From: a virus
Taxonomy: Duplodnaviria > Caudoviricetes
Reading direction: 5' to 3' (one strand)
Length of the DNA: 26,390 nucleotides
IMG/VR virus record: IMGVR_UViG_3300046779_000478
Coordinates: 1-26,390 of that record
In this document: positions 1 through 8,665 of the stretch, piece after piece
Layout: the number at the start of each line of letters is the position of its first letter
Position numbering within the stretch: the stretch's first letter is position 1
Notes under the pieces: generated by a model
Told to the model about the DNA's origin: nothing
Seen by the model: the letters and a program-made list of their open reading frames with translations, nothing else
Database searches by the model: none
Made by a program: the position numbers and the translations under genes

Positions 1-2
1 AC

Positions 3-419
3 GTTACTGGGATCAGTTCAGTTTCAGTTACTATTGGTGGCGGTGGTAGCGGAACTTATTTTGCTAATGCTGGCGGAAATGGTAGCGGGTCTAGTTTTGG
101 ACCTTACTTATCAGCTGGAGGCGGACATGGTGCTAACAGACAAAACCAATACTCGGGCGGAGTTAGCGGTGCTGGGTCCGGTGGCCAGTTAAACCTACAC
201 CAAGGTGGCGGCTTCAGCCATCACGCTTACAGCGCCCAATCAAATGCAGATACATTCTTCGGAGGCGGCGCACCAAGCAGTCATCCTCAGGGCGGTCATT
301 TTGCACATAATCACCAGACTCATTGCGCTCCTGGTACAGGCGGCGCAGGGGCACACTTTCATGGACATAGAGGTTCGGACGGACGTCCTGGTATTATTAT
401 TGTAACAAGTTTTTATTAA
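3..419 (+). CDS. Gly-rich, His-rich tail fibre/adhesin-like protein, paralog 1 (5'-truncated by window edge; not in ORF track)
   Basis: Manual translation of frame +3 from base 3: VTGISSVSVTIGGGGSGTYFANAGGNG...GHGANRQNQY...HPQGGHFAHNHQTHCAPGTGG...GHRGSDGRPGIIIVTSFY, TAA at 417-419. Colinear with the C-terminal halves of 434..1291 and 1303..2157. Confidence 0.85.
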   Translation, partial: VTGISSVSVTIGGGGSGTYFANAGGNGSGSSFGPYLSAGGGHGANRQNQYSGGVSGAGSGGQLNLHQGGGFSHHAYSAQSNADTFFGGGAPSSHPQGGHFAHNHQTHCAPGTGGAGAHFHGHRGSDGRPGIIIVTSFY

Positions 420-433
420 TAGAGAGATAACGA

Positions 434-1291
434 ATGGCATTTAACTATCAAACATTAAAGAATTTAACTTCTAGCTCTCTTGTTAACTCGACAGTACTTG
501 GTAATGATGCAAATACCAATGCAATCACTACAGCAAAACTGTCAAACTCTACTATCACAGAAAGCGAACTAGCAACTAGTGCGATCGATCTTGCATCATC
601 AACAGTTACTGGATCAGTTCCGTTTGCAAGGGGCGGTACTGGATTAAGTGGATTTTCAGGAGCATCGAGAGTATTGTCTACTAACTCTTCAAATAATGCC
701 TTGGAATTCCAACCTAGTGGTATATATAGAATGGTAGTATTTACAAGTAACGGTACCTGGTCTAGACCTTCGAATGTTAGATATGTTAAGGTACAAGTTC
801 AAGGTGCCGGTGGTGGTGGCGGTGGCCACGGAGAATCTGGTGCAGCCGGAGGTTATGCAGAAAAGATTATTGATGTAACAGGTATTAGTTCTGCGTCAGT
901 TACTATTGGCGGCGGCGGCGGCGGAACTTATTACAATAATGCAGGTGGAAACGGAAACGGCTCTAGTTTCGGTCCATATGTATCAGCAGGTGGCGGTCAT
1001 GGCTGTAACCGACATAATAATCATAACGGTGGATTGCCCGGTGTTGGCTCTGGCGGTGATCTAAACTTATACGGTGGTGCAGGCGGTGGACACGAACAGC
1101 GTTCATCGGGAATGGGCGGCTCTACATACTTTGGAGGCGCAGCACCGAGCGGACACCCACAAGGCGGGCACTTTAGTCACAATCATCAAGGGCATTCTGC
1201 ACCCGGTACAGGCGGCACAAGTGGTTACTTCAGTGGGCATAGAGGTTCAGATGGACGCCCTGGAATCGTTGTTATTACAGAATACTTTTAA
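434..1291 (+). CDS. Gly-rich, His-rich tail fibre/adhesin-like protein, paralog 2
   Basis: N-terminal fibre-type repeats (AITTAKL, ITESELA, RGGTG) followed by FTSNGTW..P..V.YVKVQVQGAGGGG, the start of the phage glycine-rich (polyglycine-II-type) domain. 11 His, all in the C-terminal half. Confidence 0.75.
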   Translation: MAFNYQTLKNLTSSSLVNSTVLGNDANTNAITTAKLSNSTITESELATSAIDLASSTVTGSVPFARGGTGLSGFSGASRVLSTNSSNNALEFQPSGIYRMVVFTSNGTWSRPSNVRYVKVQVQGAGGGGGGHGESGAAGGYAEKIIDVTGISSASVTIGGGGGGTYYNNAGGNGNGSSFGPYVSAGGGHGCNRHNNHNGGLPGVGSGGDLNLYGGAGGGHEQRSSGMGGSTYFGGAAPSGHPQGGHFSHNHQGHSAPGTGGTSGYFSGHRGSDGRPGIVVITEYF

Positions 1292-1302
1292 TAGGGAAAC
1301 AC

Positions 1303-2157
1303 ATGGCGTTTAATTACCAAGCATTAAAAAATCTAACAGGTACATCTTTTGTTGACGGTTCTATTACCACAACTCAGATAGCTGATAGATCTATTCCTAG
1401 TACAGATATTACCGCTGGTGCAGTTACTTCGGCAAAGTTAGCATCTGCATCAGTTAATATTGCAGGAACTAGGGTAACAGGATCGATTCCTGTATCAAGA
1501 GGCGGCACTGGATTATCATCAGTTGGATCTGCAAATACTGTATTAAGAACAAATAGTTCCAATAACGGTTTAGAATATTCGGTAGCGGGATTTTCCGGGA
1601 TGAGTGTTTTTACAAGTAGCGGTACTTGGAATAAACCAAGCGGTGTTAGATATGTAAGAATCAAATGTCAAGCTGCTGGTGGCGGCGGTTCTGGACACGG
1701 TGAGTCCGGCGGCGCAGGTGGCTATAGTGAACGAATATTGGATGTTACTGGTATTAGTTCAGTTTCTGTTTATGTAGGCGGCGGCGGCGGCGGTACATAC
1801 TATGCTAACGCAGGTGGCAATGGAGATTCTGCTAGTTTTGGACCTTATTGTTCAGCTAGTGGTGGACACGGAGCAAATAGACAAAACCAACACTCTGGCG
1901 GAGTTAGTGGTAGTGGATCCGGCGGCGACCTAAACATACACACTGGATCTGGTGGATCACATCACCACAGCTTCGGTCCAGGCGGTACAAGCCACTTTGG
2001 CGGTCCTGCACCTAGTGGGCATCCTCAGGGCGGCCACTTTGCACATAATCATCAAGGCCACGCTGCTCCAGGAACGGGCGGAACAGGTGGATATTTTACC
2101 GGACATAGAGGATCAGACGGTCGTCCGGGCATTGTATTAGTTGAAGAATATAAATAA
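1303..2157 (+). CDS. Gly-rich, His-rich tail fibre/adhesin-like protein, paralog 3
   Basis: Same architecture as 434..1291 (MAFNYQ.LKNLT start, VTSAKLA, RGGTG, FTSSGTW.KP.GV, poly-Gly runs, HPQGGHFAHNHQGH, GHRGSDGRPG). 14 His, all C-terminal. Confidence 0.75.
   Translation: MAFNYQALKNLTGTSFVDGSITTTQIADRSIPSTDITAGAVTSAKLASASVNIAGTRVTGSIPVSRGGTGLSSVGSANTVLRTNSSNNGLEYSVAGFSGMSVFTSSGTWNKPSGVRYVRIKCQAAGGGGSGHGESGGAGGYSERILDVTGISSVSVYVGGGGGGTYYANAGGNGDSASFGPYCSASGGHGANRQNQHSGGVSGSGSGGDLNIHTGSGGSHHHSFGPGGTSHFGGPAPSGHPQGGHFAHNHQGHAAPGTGGTGGYFTGHRGSDGRPGIVLVEEYK
2149..2156 (+). promoter_or_regulatory. T4-type late promoter motif TATAAATA
   Basis: Exact TATAAATA overlapping the last codons of 1303..2157, 20 nt before the ATG at 2177, with AGGAG in between. 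Confidence 0.55.
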
Positions 2158-2176
2158 TCTAGGAGATTAACAAGAT

Positions 2177-2674
2177 ATGAAAAAAGCACTTATTGGATAT
2201 CAAGGTTGGGTACAACAAATCGTTGAGCCAGGTCAAGATTATGACATTTATAATGGCCCTGATGCCACAATTCAGTGGGTTGATGCTCCTGACGAAATCA
2301 CATTAGATTGGACATTGGAATACAGTCCAAGCAAAAGAACCATGGTTTGGGTAGAAAGAGATGGCCCATTTACTAATAACTCTGTTGCACGTAAAGTTGC
2401 ATATGGAGAATATGGCCAACAACTAGATATGTTGTTTCACGAAATAAGAACTAATGGTACTATTAGTCAAGATGGAGAATGGTTCCAGCATATTTCTGCG
2501 ATTAAATCTATTATTCCTAAATCTACAGAAGAACCAAATCTAATGACTCCTGAAGAGCAGCTAGCTAGATTAGGTACTGAAGAACCAAGCGAAACAAAAA
2601 CTCCTATTCCTTCAACAGTTGAACTTCCAGCATGGAAGAGATATCGCGGTTGGAGAGGATTTAACGCAGCTTAA
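2177..2674 (+). CDS. Putative tail fibre assembly/chaperone-like protein
   Basis: 165 aa, AGGAG RBS. The motif ARKVAYGEYGQQLDMLFHEI...GEWFQHISAIKSIIPK resembles the R..AY....QLDML.H....W...I..IK...PK pattern I recall from small proteins next to phage fibre genes. Located directly after the fibre triplet. Confidence 0.5.
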   Translation: MKKALIGYQGWVQQIVEPGQDYDIYNGPDATIQWVDAPDEITLDWTLEYSPSKRTMVWVERDGPFTNNSVARKVAYGEYGQQLDMLFHEIRTNGTISQDGEWFQHISAIKSIIPKSTEEPNLMTPEEQLARLGTEEPSETKTPIPSTVELPAWKRYRGWRGFNAA

Positions 2675-2679
2675 AGAAC

Positions 2680-2695
2680 TTTGCTCTAGAGCAAA
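2680..2695. repeat. Perfect 16-bp palindrome TTTGCTCTAGAGCAAA
   Basis: The sequence equals its own reverse complement. Intergenic, immediately before the terminator. Confidence 0.8.
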
Positions 2696-2696
2696 C

Positions 2697-2721
2697 AAAG
2701 GCACTTTAGGGTGCCTTTTTT
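2697..2721 (+). terminator. Rho-independent terminator
   Basis: Stem AAAGGCAC / GTGCCTTT with loop TTTAGG, running into a T-tract, just after the stop of 2177..2674. Confidence 0.8.
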
Positions 2722-2743
2722 CTTCTCTTGAAAAGATCTCTAC

Positions 2744-2751
2744 TATAAATA
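2744..2751 (+). promoter_or_regulatory. T4-type late promoter motif TATAAATA heading the plus-strand enzyme operon
   Basis: Exact TATAAATA in the intergenic region after the terminator, 25 nt before ATG 2777, with AAGGA RBS in between. Confidence 0.65.
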
Positions 2752-2776
2752 ACTGGCACTTTATAAAGGACATTTC

Positions 2777-4393
2777 ATGCAAGTAAAAACAGTAACAATC
2801 GTAGGTGGCGGATCATCCGGTTGGATGACAGCAGCGGCATTATCTAAGTTGTGCCCACACCTTGATATTACATTAGTTGAATCTTCAAAAGTTGGAACTG
2901 TCGGCGTCGGCGAAAGTACACTAGGACACATTAATAAATTTTTACGTCTCTTAGATCTTAGAGACGAGGACTGGATGGCTGCTTGTAATGCAACTTATAA
3001 AAACTCCATCCGATTTACAAACTTTAGAGAACCAGACGGTTCGTTCTTCGAGTATCCATTTAGTGCAGGATTAGATTTTACTGACAAGCCACACGGCACA
3101 CAGGCCTGGAGTGAGTTAGCTACACTGTATCCAGAAGAATATACACCAAATACCTTTGCAGAGTTTTATGTTACTGGCAATACGTTTCTTGCAAAATATA
3201 ACAAGCAGACACGTGATGAAAAAAATATATTGAGAAACTATGATTTTGAGTTTGATACTGCGTATCACTTGGATGCACAACTATTTGGACAATATCTTAA
3301 AGAAAAAATTGCATTGCCAAATGGTGTAAACCATATCATTGGCGATGTACATAGCTATAAGAAAGATCAGATAGGAAACATTGTTCAGATTTTTATGACT
3401 GACGGTGGTATTCTTAACTCAGATCTGTGGATAGACTGTACAGGATTTAAATCTATCCTTTTAGAAGGTTGGATGGGATCGGAGTTTAAACCCTTTGACA
3501 AATACCTAGCCAACGATATGGCTTGGGCCTGCCGATTACCTTATATCGATCGAGAGCGTGAGATGCATAATGTTACAGATTGTCATGCATTAGATAACGG
3601 CTGGGTATGGAATATCCCTTTATGGAATAGAATTGGTACTGGATATGTATTTTCATCAAGATTTGTAACTCCAGAAGATGCACAAAAAGAATTTAGAAAG
3701 CACCTATCTGTAAAACATAGTCCGAAGATTGCCGAAGAAGCAGAAATGTTCCAGGTTCAAATTAGACACGGACGCAGACGTCGTGCGTGGATTAACAACG
3801 TTGTCGGAGTTGGACTTAGCTACGGATTCGTTGAACCTCTAGAATCAACTGGTTTATTAACTACACACGAAAACATTATCAAACTAGTTGAAAACTTAAA
3901 TCGTAGAGAAGGGTATCTAACTAGAACCGAAATCGAAGGTTTTAACTTTGCTGTAGAATATGATGTTTTAAAGTTTAGAGACTTTGTATCACAACACTAT
4001 GCATTATCTAAGAGAACAGATACACCGTACTGGCGTTGGTGTACTCAACTAAATGAGTACTGCCCTGAGATGATGGGAGAACAGATGTTGGTACAAGCAC
4101 AGTATCCTAATCTAATGGGAAATCTTGTAGGTAATCAAAGTTATGTTAGTGAGTATACAGGTAATATGTTTATTGCTGCCGGTATGGGAGTAAAATCTAT
4201 TTCTACTAAAGAGTTAATATTCTTTAGTGGGGACAGATTAAGAAAATCACAAAAAGAAGAAGAGATTAACTATACAAAACGTAGATATGAAGAATATAGA
4301 GACTTTGTTATTGACTATGTAAAAACGTTACCAAGTCACTATGAGTTTTTAAGAGATAATATCTATGGCGGAAAAGATGATCACGCTATTTAA
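2777..4393 (+). CDS. Flavin-dependent halogenase (tryptophan halogenase/PrnA family), copy 1
   Basis: GGGSSG FAD motif, GVGEST, ATYKNSI (PrnA K79-equivalent), AYHLDA, IDCTGF, WVWNIP (WxWxIP), FVEPLESTG. 538 aa. Confidence 0.92.
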   Translation: MQVKTVTIVGGGSSGWMTAAALSKLCPHLDITLVESSKVGTVGVGESTLGHINKFLRLLDLRDEDWMAACNATYKNSIRFTNFREPDGSFFEYPFSAGLDFTDKPHGTQAWSELATLYPEEYTPNTFAEFYVTGNTFLAKYNKQTRDEKNILRNYDFEFDTAYHLDAQLFGQYLKEKIALPNGVNHIIGDVHSYKKDQIGNIVQIFMTDGGILNSDLWIDCTGFKSILLEGWMGSEFKPFDKYLANDMAWACRLPYIDREREMHNVTDCHALDNGWVWNIPLWNRIGTGYVFSSRFVTPEDAQKEFRKHLSVKHSPKIAEEAEMFQVQIRHGRRRRAWINNVVGVGLSYGFVEPLESTGLLTTHENIIKLVENLNRREGYLTRTEIEGFNFAVEYDVLKFRDFVSQHYALSKRTDTPYWRWCTQLNEYCPEMMGEQMLVQAQYPNLMGNLVGNQSYVSEYTGNMFIAAGMGVKSISTKELIFFSGDRLRKSQKEEEINYTKRRYEEYRDFVIDYVKTLPSHYEFLRDNIYGGKDDHAI

Positions 4394-5168
4394 AAAGTTA
4401 TTTTCGAGATGGAGTAAGAAACCTTATATAAGATTCTACTCTCTCGAGCCCGGTGTTAATGAAATATTTCCGATTACTAAATCAGCATCGATTAAAAGAA
4501 ACTTTTTAGTTGACGATCAGGTAGGCGACAAGCCAGAAACTTTAAGTTCTAAAAACTGCCCCGGTATTAAAAAACTAGTATCTACTGGTTGGATTGTAAC
4601 TGCTCCTGCTGATTTTATTATTCAGACTAACGGTGACGGTACAAGTGTTGAATGGATGGAACCTTACAGATTCAGTAAGATCAGTTCTGGAAGGGATGCT
4701 TACGTTTCGTCTCATACAAAATCTCAAGTAGAGCCTTTACTTGACGATCCGGATACAACCTTGAAAACTGTAATCAAACTAGAAACACCATGGCGTGTTG
4801 AAGCATCAGATGATGTACTATTATTACAGATGCCGGTAGCCTATAATAATGAAAGTAGATTCATATCAGCTACAGGATTTTTAGATACAAAATATGCACA
4901 TGTACTAAACATACAGCTATTCTGGAAAGTGCTAGAAGGAAAAACTCTGATAAAAGCAGGAACTCCTTTGTGTCAACTAATACCTGTTTCCAGGAAACAC
5001 CTAAGTCTTTCTACATACGATGTTTCTATAGAAAACGCTAGACCCGAAGATCTAGAAAGAGAACGAGCATTTAACTATGCTGCCAACTGTGTATTCCTTC
5101 ATAGTGATAGTTTATCAGAAAGATTAACTAGATCTATAAGAATACTTAACAAAAACAAAGAGGATTAA
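4365..5168 (+). CDS. Hypothetical phage protein (CPG..GW / IKAGTPLCQLIP; possibly dUTPase-like/DUF6065-like)
   Basis: 267-aa ORF overlapping the halogenase stop (alternative start ATG 4377). No clear 2OG metal triad. The family call is from memory of the motif and is weak. Confidence 0.45.
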   Translation: MAEKMITLFKKLFSRWSKKPYIRFYSLEPGVNEIFPITKSASIKRNFLVDDQVGDKPETLSSKNCPGIKKLVSTGWIVTAPADFIIQTNGDGTSVEWMEPYRFSKISSGRDAYVSSHTKSQVEPLLDDPDTTLKTVIKLETPWRVEASDDVLLLQMPVAYNNESRFISATGFLDTKYAHVLNIQLFWKVLEGKTLIKAGTPLCQLIPVSRKHLSLSTYDVSIENARPEDLERERAFNYAANCVFLHSDSLSERLTRSIRILNKNKED

Positions 5169-5169
5169 A

Positions 5170-5418
5170 ATGAACTATATTGAACAACTGAAAAACACAC
5201 TATCTCAAGTTTCTTCTGAGAAGACTACTAAAGAAGCAGAGTTAGCTAAACTTGAAGAAGATTTTGCCAATGTAAAATTAAACCCATACGGCATTACATC
5301 TATCGATTTTGCCAAGCGCCAGGATCTTGCAACTGATGTTCTCAAGATGGAAGGTGTTGTCATGGGACTAACATTAGCTATTGAACTACACGGAGAAACT
5401 GCCGTTGCTTCAGCTTAA
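5170..5418 (+). CDS. Small helical/coiled-coil hypothetical protein
   Basis: 82 aa, GAGG RBS, heptad-like charged helix (KTTKEAELAKLEEDF). Confidence 0.7.
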   Translation: MNYIEQLKNTLSQVSSEKTTKEAELAKLEEDFANVKLNPYGITSIDFAKRQDLATDVLKMEGVVMGLTLAIELHGETAVASA

Positions 5419-5989
5419 TGATGGTGGAATATTTTTATTTCCTCCCTTGGTGTGGAAATATCGGTATGACTTTGACTTAAAAAGTTTAGAACCAAAAATA
5501 GAACACTTATTTTCATTAGTAGAAACAAACTCACAGTTGGAATATGGAGAGGCTGTTTCTACAGTGTCTGTAGATCAAGCTCTACAACCACATGGCTGGG
5601 AAGAACTAGCTGATTTTCAAAACTGGTTAGGCCTTAAGTTAGAACATCTAAAAGACACATATCGTTTTAAGTACAGGCAATCTGAAGTAACACAATCGTG
5701 GTGCAACAGACACTTAGAATCTGGTCTAACTACAGAGCATAATCATAACTATACTACCTTTGTAGTTAGTTGTTACTTAAAATGTCCTTTAGGATCAGGG
5801 AATATTGAGTTCAAAGATCCATTAGAGTATCATATGAATACTTTCCCTATAGAGCCTGACGAAACCCTCTATCGAGAAATACCTGTAGAAACAAATGATG
5901 TACTGATCTTTCCTGGCTGGATGAGACATCGTGTGCAGCCTAATAATACTGATCAAGAAAGATTAGTAATGACATTTAACATAAAATGA
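5381..5989 (+). CDS. 2OG-Fe(II) oxygenase, TIGR02466/2OG-FeII_Oxy_5-like
   Basis: SWCN...EHNH...VSCYL...IEFKDP...FPGWMRHRV.PN...RLVMTFN. The true start may be TTG 5405, which has GGAG at 5392-5395. Confidence 0.85.
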   Translation: MNYTEKLPLLQLNDGGIFLFPPLVWKYRYDFDLKSLEPKIEHLFSLVETNSQLEYGEAVSTVSVDQALQPHGWEELADFQNWLGLKLEHLKDTYRFKYRQSEVTQSWCNRHLESGLTTEHNHNYTTFVVSCYLKCPLGSGNIEFKDPLEYHMNTFPIEPDETLYREIPVETNDVLIFPGWMRHRVQPNNTDQERLVMTFNIK

Positions 5990-6786
5990 ACGACTTTAGA
6001 TTCTGCTATCCTGATGCAAATAACTTTGATAAAGTTATAAAAATCAAACCTGTGGATCAGTGGGCTGTTGAATATACTTCATTAGATCATGGAATAGGTT
6101 ACTGGACCACAGAGTTACCTTTTGACCCTGAACATCTAGACACTTTTAAAAATCTAATTAAAAGTTTTCCAATACAAAAAGATAATAATCATCCTGATAA
6201 CTTTGATCCAAATCCATTTGATACTATTCATGTTCCAGAGTGGGTTTCAAAAAATATTTGTTTTTTGATTAGAGATTTTTATATTAAGCATATTAGACAA
6301 GATACGTTTGACCCACAGATACATGAATGGGGGAATGTGTACTTTAAAGAAAGAGCCAGACCTATTAGTTGTTGGAGAATACCTCATATTGATTATGCTT
6401 ACGGGTTAGTTGCTAACATGTGGTTCACAGATCATGATATTGCAGACAGTAGTACTAAGCTCTATAAGTATCATGGAGAAATCAAAGATTATATCTATGA
6501 CTTTCAGGTAGATACTACACACAAAATGTTTGAGGAATGGCGTGCTATTGCAGAAAAGCCCACACGGGCCGATGCTTGGTTCAATATGTCTGATGAAGAA
6601 CTTACTCGATGGGGCTTTGAAGTAGTGGGATCTATACCTAACAAGGTAGGAACAATGACGATGTACGAAGCTAATGTTTGTCATCTAGCCAGCATATCTA
6701 AAAATGTAGACTTTAGATGGAGTCATGCATTTGCATTCAGTCACGAAGTGCTTAAAAATAAAACAATGAGAGATTTATTTAGATGA
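5986..6786 (+). CDS. Divergent 2OG-Fe(II) oxygenase-like protein (DUF6445-like)
   Basis: IPHID (HxD), LVANMWF strand, TKLY, distal CHLA His and terminal RWSHAF. ATGA overlap with the upstream gene. Confidence 0.6.
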   Translation: MNDFRFCYPDANNFDKVIKIKPVDQWAVEYTSLDHGIGYWTTELPFDPEHLDTFKNLIKSFPIQKDNNHPDNFDPNPFDTIHVPEWVSKNICFLIRDFYIKHIRQDTFDPQIHEWGNVYFKERARPISCWRIPHIDYAYGLVANMWFTDHDIADSSTKLYKYHGEIKDYIYDFQVDTTHKMFEEWRAIAEKPTRADAWFNMSDEELTRWGFEVVGSIPNKVGTMTMYEANVCHLASISKNVDFRWSHAFAFSHEVLKNKTMRDLFR

Positions 6787-7406
6787 TCATGGAATTTTAT
6801 TTCCCTACTCCTCTGTGGTGGGAAGATACTGATTTAGAAAATGCTGATTTAGAAAAACTAGCATATAGACTTAGAGAAGAAGACCCTATAGGTCGTCGAC
6901 TGAGTAATCAAGGCGGGTGGCAAAGCAAAGACTTTCGCCCGGGCACACATCCGGAAATGGCAGCATTAGAAGCTAAAGTGAAAGCTCAAGCTGAAAACTC
7001 TGTTAGAGATTTTGGGTATAGAGAAGACTTATGTTTTGTATTAATGGAGAACTTTTGGATCAACATTAATGAAAAGGGTCATACTAATTCTGTACATACT
7101 CATGATAACTCTTTTGTATCGGGCGCATATTATATAAAAGCATCTGAGGATCAAGGCAATATTACATTTTATAAAAGTTATAGCCAAGATTTTATCATAG
7201 CTTCCCAAGCAGTAGTTGATAGATATACACCTATTAGTGCTAGTGCAATATCATTTAAACCAAAGACAGGCAAGTTAATAATGTTTCCAGGTTGGTTACC
7301 GCACGGTGTAGAAAGAAACGAAACTGAAGAAACTAGAATCAGCGTTTCTTTTAACATTAAACTTATTAGGACAGACGATGAACGATATTGGCCAAAGAAT
7401 ACTTAA
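6783..7406 (+). CDS. 2OG-Fe(II) oxygenase, TIGR02466-like
   Basis: FPTP, SNQGGWQS, WININ..G..N.VHTH..S.VSGAYYI, LIMFPGWLPHGV..N, RISVSFN. Confidence 0.9.
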   Translation: MIMEFYFPTPLWWEDTDLENADLEKLAYRLREEDPIGRRLSNQGGWQSKDFRPGTHPEMAALEAKVKAQAENSVRDFGYREDLCFVLMENFWININEKGHTNSVHTHDNSFVSGAYYIKASEDQGNITFYKSYSQDFIIASQAVVDRYTPISASAISFKPKTGKLIMFPGWLPHGVERNETEETRISVSFNIKLIRTDDERYWPKNT

Positions 7407-8097
7407 CGAAACAAATCTATTAATCGACGACAAGCCTCATTATTTCAAGAAGCTGTTAGAAAATCCTAGCGAGTTATTAACTTGGAATGATGTAGAAAAG
7501 TGTTTAAATAATCCCTATCTTTATGACTTTGAAATGATTGATCCTTACAATAAAAAGATCGATATTCCTAGAAGTAAAAAAGCCTGGATATGGGATAGAG
7601 CTGTACAAGACAAAGGATTTCTATTTGAAAAGTTTCATCAAGGTAACGGACTAGTTATTATGAACTATGGTTTCTACAGTGAAAAGACCATGCATCTGTT
7701 AAAAATATTTGAAACAATGTTTAACGTAAATGCAGCAATACATGTCTACTGCGGCCTTGCTGATGCAAAATCATTTGGTATACACGACGATTATCCTTGC
7801 AACTTTATTATTCAAGTTGAAGGAACAACTCGTTGGAAAATATATAACAATAGGATTTCCTATCTTTATAGAACAGGAACAATGAACGGGCAACTAGATC
7901 ACAAAGATTTAGAACCTGCTATCGAAGTCGATCTCGAACCCGGAGATGCACTGTACATTCCGTCAAGGATGTATCATGTTGCTGAACCAAAGGGAAAAAG
8001 ATTAAGCATGAGCATTCCTTGCTGGAATAGATTTGCTACAGATCCTCCCGATCATCAAGTTGATAGAAACTACTATAGGATAAATCATGACATTTAA
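7378..8097 (+). CDS. JmjC/Cupin_4-family oxygenase (RoxA/YcfD, NO66/MINA53-like)
   Basis: HVY...SFGIHDD...NFIIQVEGTTRWKIY...LEPGDALYIPSRMYHVA...RLSMS, the typical JmjC ribosomal-oxygenase pattern. Confidence 0.85.
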   Translation: MNDIGQRILNETNLLIDDKPHYFKKLLENPSELLTWNDVEKCLNNPYLYDFEMIDPYNKKIDIPRSKKAWIWDRAVQDKGFLFEKFHQGNGLVIMNYGFYSEKTMHLLKIFETMFNVNAAIHVYCGLADAKSFGIHDDYPCNFIIQVEGTTRWKIYNNRISYLYRTGTMNGQLDHKDLEPAIEVDLEPGDALYIPSRMYHVAEPKGKRLSMSIPCWNRFATDPPDHQVDRNYYRINHDI

Positions 8098-8665
8098 ACC
8101 CATTGAAATACATGATATTGTTGATAAAAAATATCAAGACGAGATTTATAATCTAGTAACTGATGTTGAGTTTCCTTGGCATTTTTTAGAGGACACTACC
8201 TTTGAACGTGCAAACGAATCTCATAACTCTACTCCTGGTTTTGTTAACTTAATATATCATCCCAATAATGAAACAAATCCTTATGCTGATTTTTTCAAAC
8301 CATTGGTTGATGCAATGTTAGAAAAAACAGGTTTCGAAATGCATCAGATGTTACGTATGCGTCTAGGATTTTTATTGAACACAAAATATCTATTACCTAG
8401 TCAGCCCTATAAGTATAACAATCCTCACAGAGACTTTGACCAAGAACATTACACTGCTGTATACTATATTAATAAAGCTGACGGAGAAACAGTAATCTTC
8501 CACGAAATAGAATCGGCTGAAAAATATCATGTTATGCACAAGAGTATGCCTGACCAAGGAAAACTATTGTTGTTTAATGGATGGCATTATCATGCTAGTA
8601 CATGTCCAAAGATGTTTACAAAAAGATTAGCACTAACAATAAACTTTACAGGTAAGCCAGCATGA
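8087..8665 (+). CDS. 2OG-Fe(II) oxygenase (phage type)
   Basis: FPW, PHRD (HxD), AVYYINKADGETVIF, GKLLLFNGWHYHAS, RLALTINF. Confidence 0.85.
   Translation: MTFKPIEIHDIVDKKYQDEIYNLVTDVEFPWHFLEDTTFERANESHNSTPGFVNLIYHPNNETNPYADFFKPLVDAMLEKTGFEMHQMLRMRLGFLLNTKYLLPSQPYKYNNPHRDFDQEHYTAVYYINKADGETVIFHEIESAEKYHVMHKSMPDQGKLLLFNGWHYHASTCPKMFTKRLALTINFTGKPA

Noticed and set aside
908-1791. (GGC)5 tracts at 908-922 and 1777-1791 as phase-variation sites
   Set aside because: They are in-frame poly-Gly codons, so slippage would not shift the frame; explained by the protein sequence.
282-2028. HPQ streptavidin-binding motif in all three paralogs
   Set aside because: A tripeptide inherited within a longer conserved loop; no reason to infer biotin mimicry.
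205-2140. Short track ORFs 205..405, 240..440, 1074..1313, 1374..1664 and 1952..2140
   Set aside because: Alternative-frame or antisense shadows of the Gly-rich genes; their mutual similarity follows from the paralogy.
3-2157. Diversity-generating retroelement TR/VR pair among the three similar 3' ends
   Set aside because: All copies are intact coding paralogs; in the stretches I compared, differences include synonymous changes at non-adenine positions; no reverse transcriptase in the window.
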